Below, piece by piece: positions 19,119 through 29,127 of a DNA stretch of 64,000 nt. Below the pieces are notes generated by a model. It saw only the letters and a list, made by a program, of their open reading frames with translations. It did not search any database and had not been told where the DNA came from. Source of the DNA: a virus. Taxonomy: Duplodnaviria; Caudoviricetes. Made by a program: the position numbers and the translations under genes. Where the stretch lies: IMG/VR virus record IMGVR_UViG_3300005077_000001, positions 192,336-256,335 of that record. The stretch is one strand, 5' to 3'. Positions within the stretch are counted from its first letter, which is position 1. Every line of letters starts with the position of its first letter.

Positions 19119-19985
19119 ATGACTACTATAGACTTGGAATATGTTATTACAAATCCACAATCTTATATAATTGTTATAGGTTGTGATGGGTTTATTGGTA
19201 GTGCTTTTGTAAGATTTTCCAAATCTAATCCCGATTTTGAATATAAATTTATTTTTATTAATAGAAAAAATTATAAAGAGTGGAAAGAGTATATAGAAAA
19301 ATACCAATTAGAATTTAAATCTACTATTTGGGCAGCGGGATTGTCGTCTAAAATATATTGTGAATCTAATTTTGAATGGTGCTGGGAACAGAATGTGGAT
19401 AATTTAATATTGGCAATTGATGATTTTCCTGCTGATTTGTTTGTTTATATTTCTTCATATGATGTATATCCTAGTTTTTGGATGCCGGAAAAAAAGGAAG
19501 AGAATGCAGAAATAGATATTAATTTGCTATCTAACTACGGGAAAACAAAACTTGAAGGAGAAAATATTGTTAAGAGATGGGCATATAATAGTTATTTAAT
19601 ATTAAGACCAAATGCTTTTGTGGGGGATGGACTAAGAAAAAATATAATTTATGATTTATTGCAAGAAGAAAAAAATATTTATGTAACTTTAGATTCTATT
19701 TTTCAATTTATAAATACAGATGTTTTTGTGGAAATACTTTTAACTTTTTTAATTAATAATTATAGAGATACTATATTTAATATATCTGGTTCTAAATCAA
19801 TAAGTGTAAGTTCTATTTTATCTATTATGGGAGTGAATACAGATGAGGTCATATTTAATAATTCTTCAAAAATAATAGCCGAAATGAACATATTAAAATT
19901 ACAAAAAAGTATTGTAGATAATTATAACTTGCTTACAAGCGAAGATTACATATCTAATTGGAGAAGAAATGAGATGGTCAAATGA
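19119..19985 (+). CDS. NAD-dependent epimerase/dehydratase (SDR)
   Basis: IGCDGFIG, YISSYDVY, YGKTK, ILRP. Confidence 0.75.
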   Translation: MTTIDLEYVITNPQSYIIVIGCDGFIGSAFVRFSKSNPDFEYKFIFINRKNYKEWKEYIEKYQLEFKSTIWAAGLSSKIYCESNFEWCWEQNVDNLILAIDDFPADLFVYISSYDVYPSFWMPEKKEENAEIDINLLSNYGKTKLEGENIVKRWAYNSYLILRPNAFVGDGLRKNIIYDLLQEEKNIYVTLDSIFQFINTDVFVEILLTFLINNYRDTIFNISGSKSISVSSILSIMGVNTDEVIFNNSSKIIAEMNILKLQKSIVDNYNLLTSEDYISNWRRNEMVK

Positions 19986-21042
19986 AGAAATAGATTATTT
20001 AATTCAAAATTATTCTAAGGAACCTATAGATAATTTATGTTTTAATTTAAATCGTAGTTGGAGTGCTGTTAGATGGAAAGCTTTTGATTTGAGATTGTTT
20101 AGACCAAGCCATATAAAGAGAATAGACACTTCTTACTTTGAAAAAATAAATAGCGAAGATAGATCTTACTTTTTAGGTTTACTATATGCAGATGGGAATG
20201 TTTGTCAAAACAAACTCGATCTTCGTTTAGTAGAGTCAGGTGGTTATATTCTTGAAAGACTTGCTAAACATATTTATTTGTATGACTTTACTATATATGA
20301 TGTTCCTTCAAAGGTAATGGAAGGTGGTTATATAACAAAACCTCAAAAAAGGTTAAATATTTATAGTAAAAAAATATGTGATGATTTGATAAAATTAGGA
20401 TGCACTCCTAATAAATCTCATTCTATTATTTTTCCCACTTTCATTTCTGATGAGTTAATGCCTCATTTTATTCGTGGTTATTTTGATGGAGATGGATGTA
20501 TATCCTTTTCTATTACTAAAGATAATAATCTGTCTACGAGCTTTACTATATCTTCTGTCTCACATGGTTTTTGCAATTCCTTTAAAAATTATTTAGAAAA
20601 AATATTAAATATAACTTTATACTTATCTAAAAATAAAACTGCATTTGTTGTTAGAACAAGCAAATTAGAAGATATAATTAAAATAAATAATTATTTATAT
20701 GAGAATATGACCACAGACCTATTTTTTGAAAATAAGTATAAGAAATTTGTCCTATTAGAACAGATGTTTTTAGATAAAAATTTTAAATTTGATTTTGTAG
20801 GAAAAGATCCTGATTCTAGAAAGGCACGGAATAAAAAAATATCTGAAGGAGTAAGAAAACTAACTTCAGAAGATGAAAAAGATATTTGTAATATGTACAT
20901 TAATGGGAAAACGATGAATGAGATAGCATCATTATTTAATGTTTATCAATCTACTATAAGAAGGTATTTGTTAAAAAACGATGTTATCATAAGAAGTAAT
21001 TGGGAAAGCAGGAGATTTAATAAGAGTAATAACGAGGAATAA
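19969..21042 (+). CDS. free-standing LAGLIDADG homing endonuclease (Myb-like N-terminus, HTH C-terminus)
   Basis: YFLGLLYADG, HFIRGYFDGDG, RWSNEE repeat, C-terminal EIASLFNVYQSTIRRYL. Confidence 0.85.
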   Translation: MRWSNEEIDYLIQNYSKEPIDNLCFNLNRSWSAVRWKAFDLRLFRPSHIKRIDTSYFEKINSEDRSYFLGLLYADGNVCQNKLDLRLVESGGYILERLAKHIYLYDFTIYDVPSKVMEGGYITKPQKRLNIYSKKICDDLIKLGCTPNKSHSIIFPTFISDELMPHFIRGYFDGDGCISFSITKDNNLSTSFTISSVSHGFCNSFKNYLEKILNITLYLSKNKTAFVVRTSKLEDIIKINNYLYENMTTDLFFENKYKKFVLLEQMFLDKNFKFDFVGKDPDSRKARNKKISEGVRKLTSEDEKDICNMYINGKTMNEIASLFNVYQSTIRRYLLKNDVIIRSNWESRRFNKSNNEE

Positions 21043-21044
21043 TT

Positions 21045-21275
21045 ATGACATATGACTGCATTATTTGTGGCTACACATGGGTTACTGATAATGAGCCTTC
21101 AGAAATTACTTCGAGTGGGCTATGCAAACCCTGCCTAAAGAAAAGATTAGAACCGATAGCTCATAAAGAACAAATAAAATACAGTGGTATTCCTTGCTAT
21201 GCTACGGCTAAAGGGTATTGCGACCAATATGCTTGTAAGTATTATAAAATCTGCGTAGAGGTAGCAGATATATAA
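21045..21275 (+). CDS. small Cys-rich (Zn-binding) protein
   Basis: CIIC, CKPC, CYATAKGYCDQYACKYYKIC. Confidence 0.6.
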   Translation: MTYDCIICGYTWVTDNEPSEITSSGLCKPCLKKRLEPIAHKEQIKYSGIPCYATAKGYCDQYACKYYKICVEVADI

Positions 21276-21284
21276 GGAAAAAGG

Positions 21285-21959
21285 ATGACACGTAAGGCTA
21301 AGCCTAAACCAAAGCCTGATTTTAGGCATGAACTTAAACTGCGTAAAGAAGGGAATCACAATATTTTAGGAATAGATGAGGCTGGAATGAGTCCTCTAGC
21401 CGGTCCTGTTACAGCTGCTGGTGTAATCTTCTTAGAAAACCCCTACATAAAAGGATTAAATGATTCTAAATTACTAAGCCCAGAAAAGCGTGAAGATTTA
21501 TATGAACAGATAATAAATAAAGCTTATAAATACCAAGTTATTTCAATTGGAGTAAATGACATTAATAACTTGAATATATTTAATGCTTCCCAAAAAGCAA
21601 TGCGTACGATTATATATACCTTATACGGCTATTATAATGCTATTTTAGTAGACGGCAATAAAAAAATAAAGCATTTAATGCCACCATACGATTTAATTCC
21701 TCAATTTCCATTAGTAAAAGGAGATCAGCGTTCAATATCCATTGCAGCGGCTAGCATATTAGCTAAAGTAACTAGGGATAGGTATATGTGTAAATTAGCA
21801 GAGAAATATCCCTGGTACGGATGGCAACAAAATAAAGGATACCCAACTGCTATGCATAAAGAGGCAATAAGAAAGTATGGAACTACAGAGCATCACAGGG
21901 TTGGGTTTAAAGGAGTTAGAGAATACATTGGCAAATTATACAAAACTTCACGAAGATAA
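21285..21959 (+). CDS. rnhB: ribonuclease HII
   Basis: GIDEAG..PLAGPV, LNDSK, VDG, KGD..SISIAAASILAKVTRD, KGYPT..H, HR. Confidence 0.92.
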   Translation: MTRKAKPKPKPDFRHELKLRKEGNHNILGIDEAGMSPLAGPVTAAGVIFLENPYIKGLNDSKLLSPEKREDLYEQIINKAYKYQVISIGVNDINNLNIFNASQKAMRTIIYTLYGYYNAILVDGNKKIKHLMPPYDLIPQFPLVKGDQRSISIAAASILAKVTRDRYMCKLAEKYPWYGWQQNKGYPTAMHKEAIRKYGTTEHHRVGFKGVREYIGKLYKTSRR

Positions 21960-22093
21960 AGATTGGATTATCAGCATAGAAGATAATCCCAAAGATAATA
22001 AACAAGTTATTGTGACTTACAAAATGATAGATGGGACTACTGCAAAAGCATACATTAGTAAATCACCCATTAAAACTAAGAAGAAAAAAAATA

Positions 22094-22951
22094 ATGAATT
22101 CAAAATTAAATGAACATATAGTTACAGTTTCAGAAGTTGTACTTAACCAAACTTTAGCACATCATCAAAAAGAAATATTAGGAGGAGTAACTAGCAATAA
22201 AAACTCTATTATAATTATGAATAGAGGCGGAAGTAAAACTTTTATGATAGCGTATTTGGCACTTATAAATGCTTGGACTCATCCTGGTATAAGAATAGGG
22301 TGCTTTGCTAGTAGTTTTAGACAATCTAAACTTATATATGAACAAATAAAGAAAATAATAGAAGCATCACCAATCCTACAATCAAATATTTATGAAAAAT
22401 TTTCTTCTTTAGATAATTGGAGTATAACTTTTAATAAAGGATTGAATAGCAAGTCTTCTATAATTCAATCATTTCCATTAAACGATGGATGCAAATTAAA
22501 AGGTAAAAGATACGACCAAGTGTATATAGATGAAGGTTATACTTTACCTGAAGATGTATTCGATATGGTAATAAGACCGATGGTTATGACTTCCCAAGAT
22601 CCTTTTCAGTTTATGAAGCATACTGAGTTAAAAGAATATATTAATAATTGTGCTTTAACAAGAGCAAACAAGGATAAATGCCTTGCTGTTGCTGAACAAG
22701 ATTATAATGAGTATTTAACTAAATTTCCTCCTAAAAAAATAGTTATATTTTCTACTGCTTATTATGATAATTGGCTGTATACTCTATATAATTCTTACTA
22801 TAAAAAAGATGATTGTTTTACTGTTACTTATAGTTATTTGAATATGCCTAAAGGTTGGTTCGATGATGAATATTTAAAAAATCAAAGATCTAAAGACGAG
22901 GAACTTTTTCGTATGGAATATGGAAGTGTTTGGCTAGCGAGGACTATTTGA
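22094..22951 (+). CDS. terminase large-subunit-like ATPase domain (no nuclease domain)
   Basis: HQ Q-motif, RGGSKT Walker A, FRQSK, VYIDEG Walker B, IFSTA motif III; ends at FRMEYGSVW. Confidence 0.65.
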   Translation: MNSKLNEHIVTVSEVVLNQTLAHHQKEILGGVTSNKNSIIIMNRGGSKTFMIAYLALINAWTHPGIRIGCFASSFRQSKLIYEQIKKIIEASPILQSNIYEKFSSLDNWSITFNKGLNSKSSIIQSFPLNDGCKLKGKRYDQVYIDEGYTLPEDVFDMVIRPMVMTSQDPFQFMKHTELKEYINNCALTRANKDKCLAVAEQDYNEYLTKFPPKKIVIFSTAYYDNWLYTLYNSYYKKDDCFTVTYSYLNMPKGWFDDEYLKNQRSKDEELFRMEYGSVWLARTI

Positions 22952-23482
22952 TGGGCGAATGGGTGGAAGCATACATAGAAAGTAAAAATAATGAACCTAA
23001 CCATTTAGGAGATATGAAGCCTACACTACGAAAGTGTTGGGGAGTAATGGATAGGAAAGGAAAATGTGAAAATACTTTTGTATCCGCAATACGTGTATAT
23101 TGTGATGACTGTATAAGGTATTATAACAGTGGAGCATGGAAAAATAAATGAAGTATAAATGTCCTTGGTGTGGGTTTGTATCTGACCAAGTAAATTGTAA
23201 CTATTCTTATGGCATAGATGAATACGTGGAATTTATTTCTTGTAGTAAATGTGGAAGCCAAATGGGTTATACGAACTATTATTTTGATGATAGACGTGAT
23301 TGTGAAGAGAACGGAGTCTTTAATTATCTAGATACTAATAGTAGTAAGAACAAAGGAGGTGTTTGAACATGGACATTATAATTAGTTTTGTTGCGGGGCT
23401 ATTAGTTGGATGGTGGGCATTAAAACAACCTCAATGGGTGGCCGACTTAAAGGATCGTATTTTCAATAATCAGAATAATTAA
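22930..23482 (+). CDS. three small proteins (22930-23151; 23148-23366 Zn ribbon; 23369-23482 37-aa membrane peptide)
   Basis: ORF track plus hand-read MDIIISFVAGLLVGWWALKQPQWVADLKDRIFNNQNN. Confidence 0.5.
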
Positions 23483-23493
23483 GAAGGGGTTTT

Positions 23494-24480
23494 TTGATGA
23501 TTATATCTAGTTCTCCTACTCGTTTGAGCTTAGGCTCAATGGATCATTCGCCGTTCGCTGAACGATTTGGTGGAAATGCTTTAAACATAGCTATTAATAA
23601 GAGAATTTATATTCTCATACGAAAACGTAATAATATTGAAGATTTTAAATACCGAATTTCATACTCTAAAACAGAGTTATGTAATGACATAGATGAGATA
23701 GAGCATCCTTTAGTGAGAGAGTCAATAAGATATGTAAATGTAAAAGATCCTATCGAAGTCGTTTATTCTTCTGATGTTCCAACTCAATTAGGTATGGGAA
23801 CTAGTTCTTCTATGACAGTTGCTTTACTCAAAGCTCTGTACTATTTTAATAATACAGCCATATCGTCTGAATTACTATTTGATAGGGCTTACCTTATCGA
23901 ACGAGAATTAGTAAAAGAACAAGGCGGTTTTCAAGATTTTAGCTGTACTTGGGGAGGATTAAATTACTTAGAAGGAAGTCCTTATAAGATTAATCGCATA
24001 CCTGTAGTTTTATCTATGGATAAATTAGAAGAATTGAAGCAACATATACTCCTACTATACACAGGAAAAAGGGAAAATTCCAATGATGTATTGAAAGAAC
24101 AATTAAAAAAAATGAAGAAAGGTCAAACTCTAGAAGAGTCCTTGAGAATCAAATCTTTAGTATCGGAAATGTATTCTTTATTCTTACAGCCTGATTTTCA
24201 TCCAATGCACTTATGCCCTGCTATTAAGGAAGGATGGGAATTAAAAAAGAAGTTATCATCCACAATGACTTCTGAATTAATAAATAATGTCGAGCATGTA
24301 ATTTATGGTATTGATTCTTATGCAGGGGTAAGATTAGTAGGTAGTGGCGGCGGTAGAGGATTAATCATGGTTATTACTAAACCGAGAAATCATGATGAGA
24401 TTATAAGAAAAACTAAATTAAAATCACTAGATTTTGATTGGGATTTTGACGGATGTAGAGTCAGAAAGGTAGAGGGATAA
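23494..24480 (+). CDS. hddA: GHMP sugar kinase, D-glycero-D-manno-heptose 7-phosphate kinase (HddA)-like
   Basis: SPTRLSLG, YSKTE...EIEHPLVRE, SDVP..LGMGTSSS, GGFQD, WGG, LLYTG, LVGSGGG. Confidence 0.7.
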   Translation: MMIISSSPTRLSLGSMDHSPFAERFGGNALNIAINKRIYILIRKRNNIEDFKYRISYSKTELCNDIDEIEHPLVRESIRYVNVKDPIEVVYSSDVPTQLGMGTSSSMTVALLKALYYFNNTAISSELLFDRAYLIERELVKEQGGFQDFSCTWGGLNYLEGSPYKINRIPVVLSMDKLEELKQHILLLYTGKRENSNDVLKEQLKKMKKGQTLEESLRIKSLVSEMYSLFLQPDFHPMHLCPAIKEGWELKKKLSSTMTSELINNVEHVIYGIDSYAGVRLVGSGGGRGLIMVITKPRNHDEIIRKTKLKSLDFDWDFDGCRVRKVEG

Positions 24481-25398
24481 ATGGAAGGTGTGTCAATATG
24501 CTTGACTCTTAAAAACAGAGCACACTTACTAAAATATTGCTTGGAGTCTATTTCTAGACAAGATACCAAATTAGATATCGAGATATGCGTTATAGATGGA
24601 TTTTCTACAGATGGGTTAATCCCACTATTGGATAGATACAGCGACTTGTTTACAATTAAATATGCATGTGCTGATAGAACAAAATCAGATATTCCTATTT
24701 TAACAAATAATCCTGCCAAAGAACATAATTTAAATGTGCGTTGGATGGCGTCTTATGATACTGTTATTAAGATAGACCCAGAGATTGTAATAAAAGACCC
24801 TTGGACCATACAAGAAATTTACGATTTAGTATGTGCAGATTATAATAAGCATTATAATGCGAGAGCTTGGTTCACAAACGGGGATTCTTGGTATTCTAAT
24901 TATGAAGATATAATTGATAACTTTTATATGCACCCAATGGTTGAGAGTAATGAGTTTTTTAGTAGGAGCCAGTTTTATTTTTGTAGTGGATTTTCTCGTA
25001 CAAGTTTTATAAAAATGGGTGGAATAGAAGAACTGATGGTAAGTGGGGACGGGTTTGATGATACTACATGGTTATCAAATTGGCAAAATCATTATAATAA
25101 TGGAGGGCTTATAGAGGTAAGTGGGCAATGTATTCATTTGTGGCATTCTGCAACTCCAAACCACAGTAGTAGTTTATTTGAATTAAATAGAAGGAAATAT
25201 GAATTATTTAAAAATAGGAAGCAAGCTAATAGCATTTGCTTAGAAGAAAAATCAAATGGGGAACTATCTATAATTGAGTGTACTCGTAATTGGGCAAACC
25301 CAGAGATGCTTAGTACTGTCTACACTATTAAGGATGGCAAAGTAATTAATGAAGAAAAGATTACAGAAGATGCTATAAGTTTGGATTTATCTATATAA
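24481..25398 (+). CDS. GT-A (GT2-like) glycosyltransferase, paralog of 6687-7556
   Basis: LTLKNRAHLL, DGFSTDG, NPAKEHN, KIDPE, MGGIEE...GFDD, HLWH. Confidence 0.85.
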   Translation: MEGVSICLTLKNRAHLLKYCLESISRQDTKLDIEICVIDGFSTDGLIPLLDRYSDLFTIKYACADRTKSDIPILTNNPAKEHNLNVRWMASYDTVIKIDPEIVIKDPWTIQEIYDLVCADYNKHYNARAWFTNGDSWYSNYEDIIDNFYMHPMVESNEFFSRSQFYFCSGFSRTSFIKMGGIEELMVSGDGFDDTTWLSNWQNHYNNGGLIEVSGQCIHLWHSATPNHSSSLFELNRRKYELFKNRKQANSICLEEKSNGELSIIECTRNWANPEMLSTVYTIKDGKVINEEKITEDAISLDLSI

Positions 25399-25414
25399 GG
25401 AAAGGAAAATTATT

Positions 25415-26482
25415 GTGGATAAAATAAAGGAATTGGAATTACTAAAATACCATGCTAATAAGATAGGGCATACTGGAATATCAGATCGGATAGACTCTAT
25501 TGTAAATTTATTTAATGAGTATGATATCACTGACGAGTCAGAGAGGTCTTACAACCCTTTGTATATTGTATGGTCAATCGCTCACACTGATATAAAATCA
25601 TTAAAGTATAAATTAGGACAATTCGTTCAAAACGCACAGACTATTGCTCCAGATTTTATTCACTTTGTTTGTGATAAGAGTATCAAGAGAGACGTTTATA
25701 GTATTGTTGATAGTCTAGTTGAAGAATATGGAGTTAAGTTTACATGGTATCTTACAGGTGTTGATAGAAAGTTTAAGGGAAATTCTAATATACTAAATTG
25801 GGAAATTGGTCTTTATTCTGATTTAGTAAATGAAGATAGGGTGTTGTTTTTAAATGATAGTATATTATTTTTTGATGTGAATGCTCTATTGAATTATGCA
25901 AGGATAGCAAATCTAAATTATATTACAAATTTTTCTACTATTATGGGTCAGCATCTAGCATATAAAATTCTTGATTGGTCTTGGGGAGTGCACTCAAAAT
26001 GGGCACCTACTCCAGTTCTTAATGCCTGGGTTTCTAGTAGAGCAAAATTAAAAGAAATTGGTGGATTTGATATTAGATTTAGATTAGGGTCTGGGTATAT
26101 GGGAGAATTAGATTTACTTTTACGATGGGTATTGAATAAAGACTATATATCTTATAAAATTGAAGATAGCGTATCTGTTTTAAGAACACCTCAATTAATT
26201 ACTACATTAGAACAAAAGCAAATAGTAGACTTACAAGTAAGCCAATTATTTCCTATTTTTAGAGATAAGTATGGAGAAATCAATCCGTTTATGCAGGTAC
26301 CTTTTCGATTAGATACTCCTTTAATTAGAGTAACTGAAGCCATGACAGACCATCCGTTCTCAGTGATAGAATGGGAATCAAAGTTTATTGAAAACATACA
26401 AAAATTAGGTAATCAGTTGATAGATAATAAAAGATATATTTATGATTTTCATAAGCCTAATTTAAATCTATTTATGGAGTAG
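25415..26482 (+). CDS. divergent GT2-like protein
   Basis: VLFLNDS and LKEIGGFDIRF...GELDLLLR; GTG start. Confidence 0.5.
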   Translation: MDKIKELELLKYHANKIGHTGISDRIDSIVNLFNEYDITDESERSYNPLYIVWSIAHTDIKSLKYKLGQFVQNAQTIAPDFIHFVCDKSIKRDVYSIVDSLVEEYGVKFTWYLTGVDRKFKGNSNILNWEIGLYSDLVNEDRVLFLNDSILFFDVNALLNYARIANLNYITNFSTIMGQHLAYKILDWSWGVHSKWAPTPVLNAWVSSRAKLKEIGGFDIRFRLGSGYMGELDLLLRWVLNKDYISYKIEDSVSVLRTPQLITTLEQKQIVDLQVSQLFPIFRDKYGEINPFMQVPFRLDTPLIRVTEAMTDHPFSVIEWESKFIENIQKLGNQLIDNKRYIYDFHKPNLNLFME

Positions 26483-26487
26483 CGGCA

Positions 26488-26709
26488 GTGAGAATAGATT
26501 TATCATACATGTATGTGTGTGAATACTGTGGAGCAGGTTCTTATATGGAAGATGATGGTGATGGATGGATGTTGCATTTTGAATGTAGTTGTTGGGGAAG
26601 ATGCTGGTGTCTAGGTCATCCTGAAGATTGGATAAGGTGGAAAGATAAGAATTTAATTCCTTATATTCCATATATTGAGAGTAATGCTATAAAGGAAAGG
26701 GGAGAATAA
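26488..26709 (+). CDS. small Cys-rich hypothetical protein
   Basis: CEYC...CSC..C.C; followed by RBS of the next gene. Confidence 0.45.
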   Translation: MRIDLSYMYVCEYCGAGSYMEDDGDGWMLHFECSCWGRCWCLGHPEDWIRWKDKNLIPYIPYIESNAIKERGE

Positions 26710-27620
26710 TGGGAAGTCTTACTGCATACGGAGTGGTATTTGAAGGAATAACTGGAAAAGTACCAGTAGAAGAAAGTATTGAATCCATTATTGATGAAGT
26801 TGATTCTTTTATTATAGTAGATGCATCAAAGTATGATAGGTGGAATGGGTGGCATAAATATAGTAAAGTTAAGTATATAAAGACAGAGTTTCCTATACAC
26901 GATAACCCATTTGGAGCATTGTGGACTTTGGGATTAAAAAATGTGAACACAGAGTATGCTTGGTTCGTAGATTTAGATGAAATCCTTGAGCTACCTTCTG
27001 GTAAATCTATTAAAGAAATCATGGCAAACTATGATTTAAATCAATACGCTATCTCGTTTAGATTAATACACTACTATTGTTCGAGGAATTTTGCATTTAA
27101 ACCAGAGGTGGTTCCTACGAAAGGAGCTTCTATTTTTAAAACATCGCCTGATTTGATTCATGATTTCATTCCTATATACACAGAAACTGATGGATTTAAA
27201 AGGTATAGTAAAGATATCAATCTACAGGATGGTGTAAGGATAGTCAATACTAGAACCAATGGTACACTTGAGCATTATCCTACTGTTGATATGAATGACG
27301 CCTTTTTACATCATTTATCTCATTTGGATTATTATGGAAAGATAGTGAAATCATTTAACCAGATGGGGCATGTACTAAGTATTGATTCTAAATACTATTA
27401 CCCAAATGATATTCGTTTGACTCCAGAAATTGCTGCAAAAATTTATGAAGCTGGAGAAGAACAAATAGAAGAAAACAATGTTGAATTCTTCCAACAGGAA
27501 GCAGTACCTTACGACTATATTTCTAATGTATATGTTGATAGGTATATAGAAAAATACAATATTAAAGAGTTTAATCCATATGAACAAAAAGGATATAAGG
27601 AAAAGTATGGAGATAGATAA
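26709..27620 (+). CDS. GT-A (GT2-like) glycosyltransferase
   Basis: ESIESII..VD..IIVD, AWFVDLDEIL (DxDE), LHHLSH. Confidence 0.7.
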   Translation: MGSLTAYGVVFEGITGKVPVEESIESIIDEVDSFIIVDASKYDRWNGWHKYSKVKYIKTEFPIHDNPFGALWTLGLKNVNTEYAWFVDLDEILELPSGKSIKEIMANYDLNQYAISFRLIHYYCSRNFAFKPEVVPTKGASIFKTSPDLIHDFIPIYTETDGFKRYSKDINLQDGVRIVNTRTNGTLEHYPTVDMNDAFLHHLSHLDYYGKIVKSFNQMGHVLSIDSKYYYPNDIRLTPEIAAKIYEAGEEQIEENNVEFFQQEAVPYDYISNVYVDRYIEKYNIKEFNPYEQKGYKEKYGDR

Positions 27621-27825
27621 AAAAGTTTACCTACATATAACAGACTGGATTAAAAGTCTAGAAAAAGAATTAAAATATTTTGAGATGTTTGACAAAGTTG
27701 GATATGATGCACGTAATTTAAGGCATAAAATATCTATTTTAAGAAGAACGCTGTCGTGGTATTCAATTGGTAACTATTATGTACCACATATGTTTTTGGA
27801 AGAAAAAGAGGAAATAAATGAGTAA
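27607..27825 (+). CDS. hypothetical protein
   Basis: Short coupled ORF; ATG 27607. Confidence 0.45.
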   Translation: MEIDKKVYLHITDWIKSLEKELKYFEMFDKVGYDARNLRHKISILRRTLSWYSIGNYYVPHMFLEEKEEINE

Positions 27826-28963
27826 ATTTTTAGTAATGGATAGAGTTTCACCTACTTCAGTTGAAACTTTTCTTCAATGTCAATTAAAGTACTACTATAA
27901 TTATTTTACTAAAGAAGAACCTATAATGAATAGAGAACCTATGGATTTTGGTAGTAGTGTTCACTCTGCTCTTGAGTTCATTGCTAAGCAAATGATGAAA
28001 GGAAAATCTTTAACTGAGCCTTTATGTGAGAAAGCATATAAAGTATTTTTAAAAGAATGTGCTAAATATAAGATATCTAAACCTTCTTTACTTGATGAAG
28101 GGCAAAAGATAATCATGGCTAGAATCAAAAAGCATAATGCTAATTACAAAATTAAAAGTGTTGAACACTGGTTCAATGCTACTACGGAGGGCGGAACTAA
28201 TATATTTGGAAAAGGAGACATTATATTAGATATTGCTCCTAATCAAGGATTCATTGTGGATTATAAAACTTCGAAAGTAGCAAAGACTCAGCAAGAAGCC
28301 GACGAAGATCTCCAGCTTTCTTTTTACGACTATATGTTTAATAAGCAATTCCCTGATTATGACCATGTATGGGTGGGATTAGAATATTTAAGATTAGGAA
28401 CAGTTATAAGTTCAAGAGATGAAGACGAACGTACTAAATTTGGTAAATACATTGATTTAATTTATGAGGAGATGGGGGATTTAACAGAAGCTAATGTAAA
28501 AGCATCAACAAATAAGTTTTGTAATTGGTGTGGTTTTAAACATTTATGCTCTACTTATAGTGACTTGCTAAAAAAAAACTTCGAAAGTAACCCGATATCA
28601 CTAATGACGGAAGACGATTTCGTTAAGGAAATGGAGCAGATATCTATTATTGAAAAAGCAGTTAAGCTTAGAAAAGATGAGCTGAAATCTTGGGCGGGGG
28701 CTAAAATGAAAGATACTTTGGTTGATAATTTGGAAACCAAAGATAAGAACATTTGTCCTATACAGAAGGAAACTATCAGTTATGATTTAAAGTCTCTTCT
28801 GCCACATATAGATATTGAGGATTTACCTAAGTTTGTAAAGATAGATAAGAAACCATTTGAAACATATGTCGAAGAAGAAGCTCCTCATTTAGCAATGATA
28901 CTCCAACAAATTTCTCAATCAAAGTTTAGTGAACCATACTTTAAAGTAAGGAAAAAGAAATGA
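27818..28963 (+). CDS. PD-(D/E)XK exonuclease (RecB/AddB/Cas4-like) with putative Fe-S cysteines
   Basis: SPTSV.TFLQC, FGSSVH, GKGD, IVDYKTS, QLSFY, FCNWCGFKHLC. Confidence 0.8.
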   Translation: MSKFLVMDRVSPTSVETFLQCQLKYYYNYFTKEEPIMNREPMDFGSSVHSALEFIAKQMMKGKSLTEPLCEKAYKVFLKECAKYKISKPSLLDEGQKIIMARIKKHNANYKIKSVEHWFNATTEGGTNIFGKGDIILDIAPNQGFIVDYKTSKVAKTQQEADEDLQLSFYDYMFNKQFPDYDHVWVGLEYLRLGTVISSRDEDERTKFGKYIDLIYEEMGDLTEANVKASTNKFCNWCGFKHLCSTYSDLLKKNFESNPISLMTEDDFVKEMEQISIIEKAVKLRKDELKSWAGAKMKDTLVDNLETKDKNICPIQKETISYDLKSLLPHIDIEDLPKFVKIDKKPFETYVEEEAPHLAMILQQISQSKFSEPYFKVRKKK

Positions 28964-29127
28964 CAGGTTATGTAACAAAAGAACTTATAGAAAGGATGAT
29001 TTATGAAATGCCTAAAATGTGTAATGCGGATTTAAAAATATACATTTCTAAATCTGAAGCAGAGTTTTTAGAGAGTAAAGGTTTAGTAGTTAGAAACAAT
29101 CCGATATTTGTTGTTGGAGAAAGATAA
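28960..29127 (+). CDS. small hypothetical protein (55 aa)
   Basis: Hand-read ORF filling the gap, with ATGA and TAATG overlaps. Confidence 0.5.
   Translation: MTGYVTKELIERMIYEMPKMCNADLKIYISKSEAEFLESKGLVVRNNPIFVVGER

Noticed and set aside
27818-28963. CRISPR-Cas locus around the Cas4-like nuclease
   Set aside because: No repeat-spacer array or other cas genes seen anywhere in the window.
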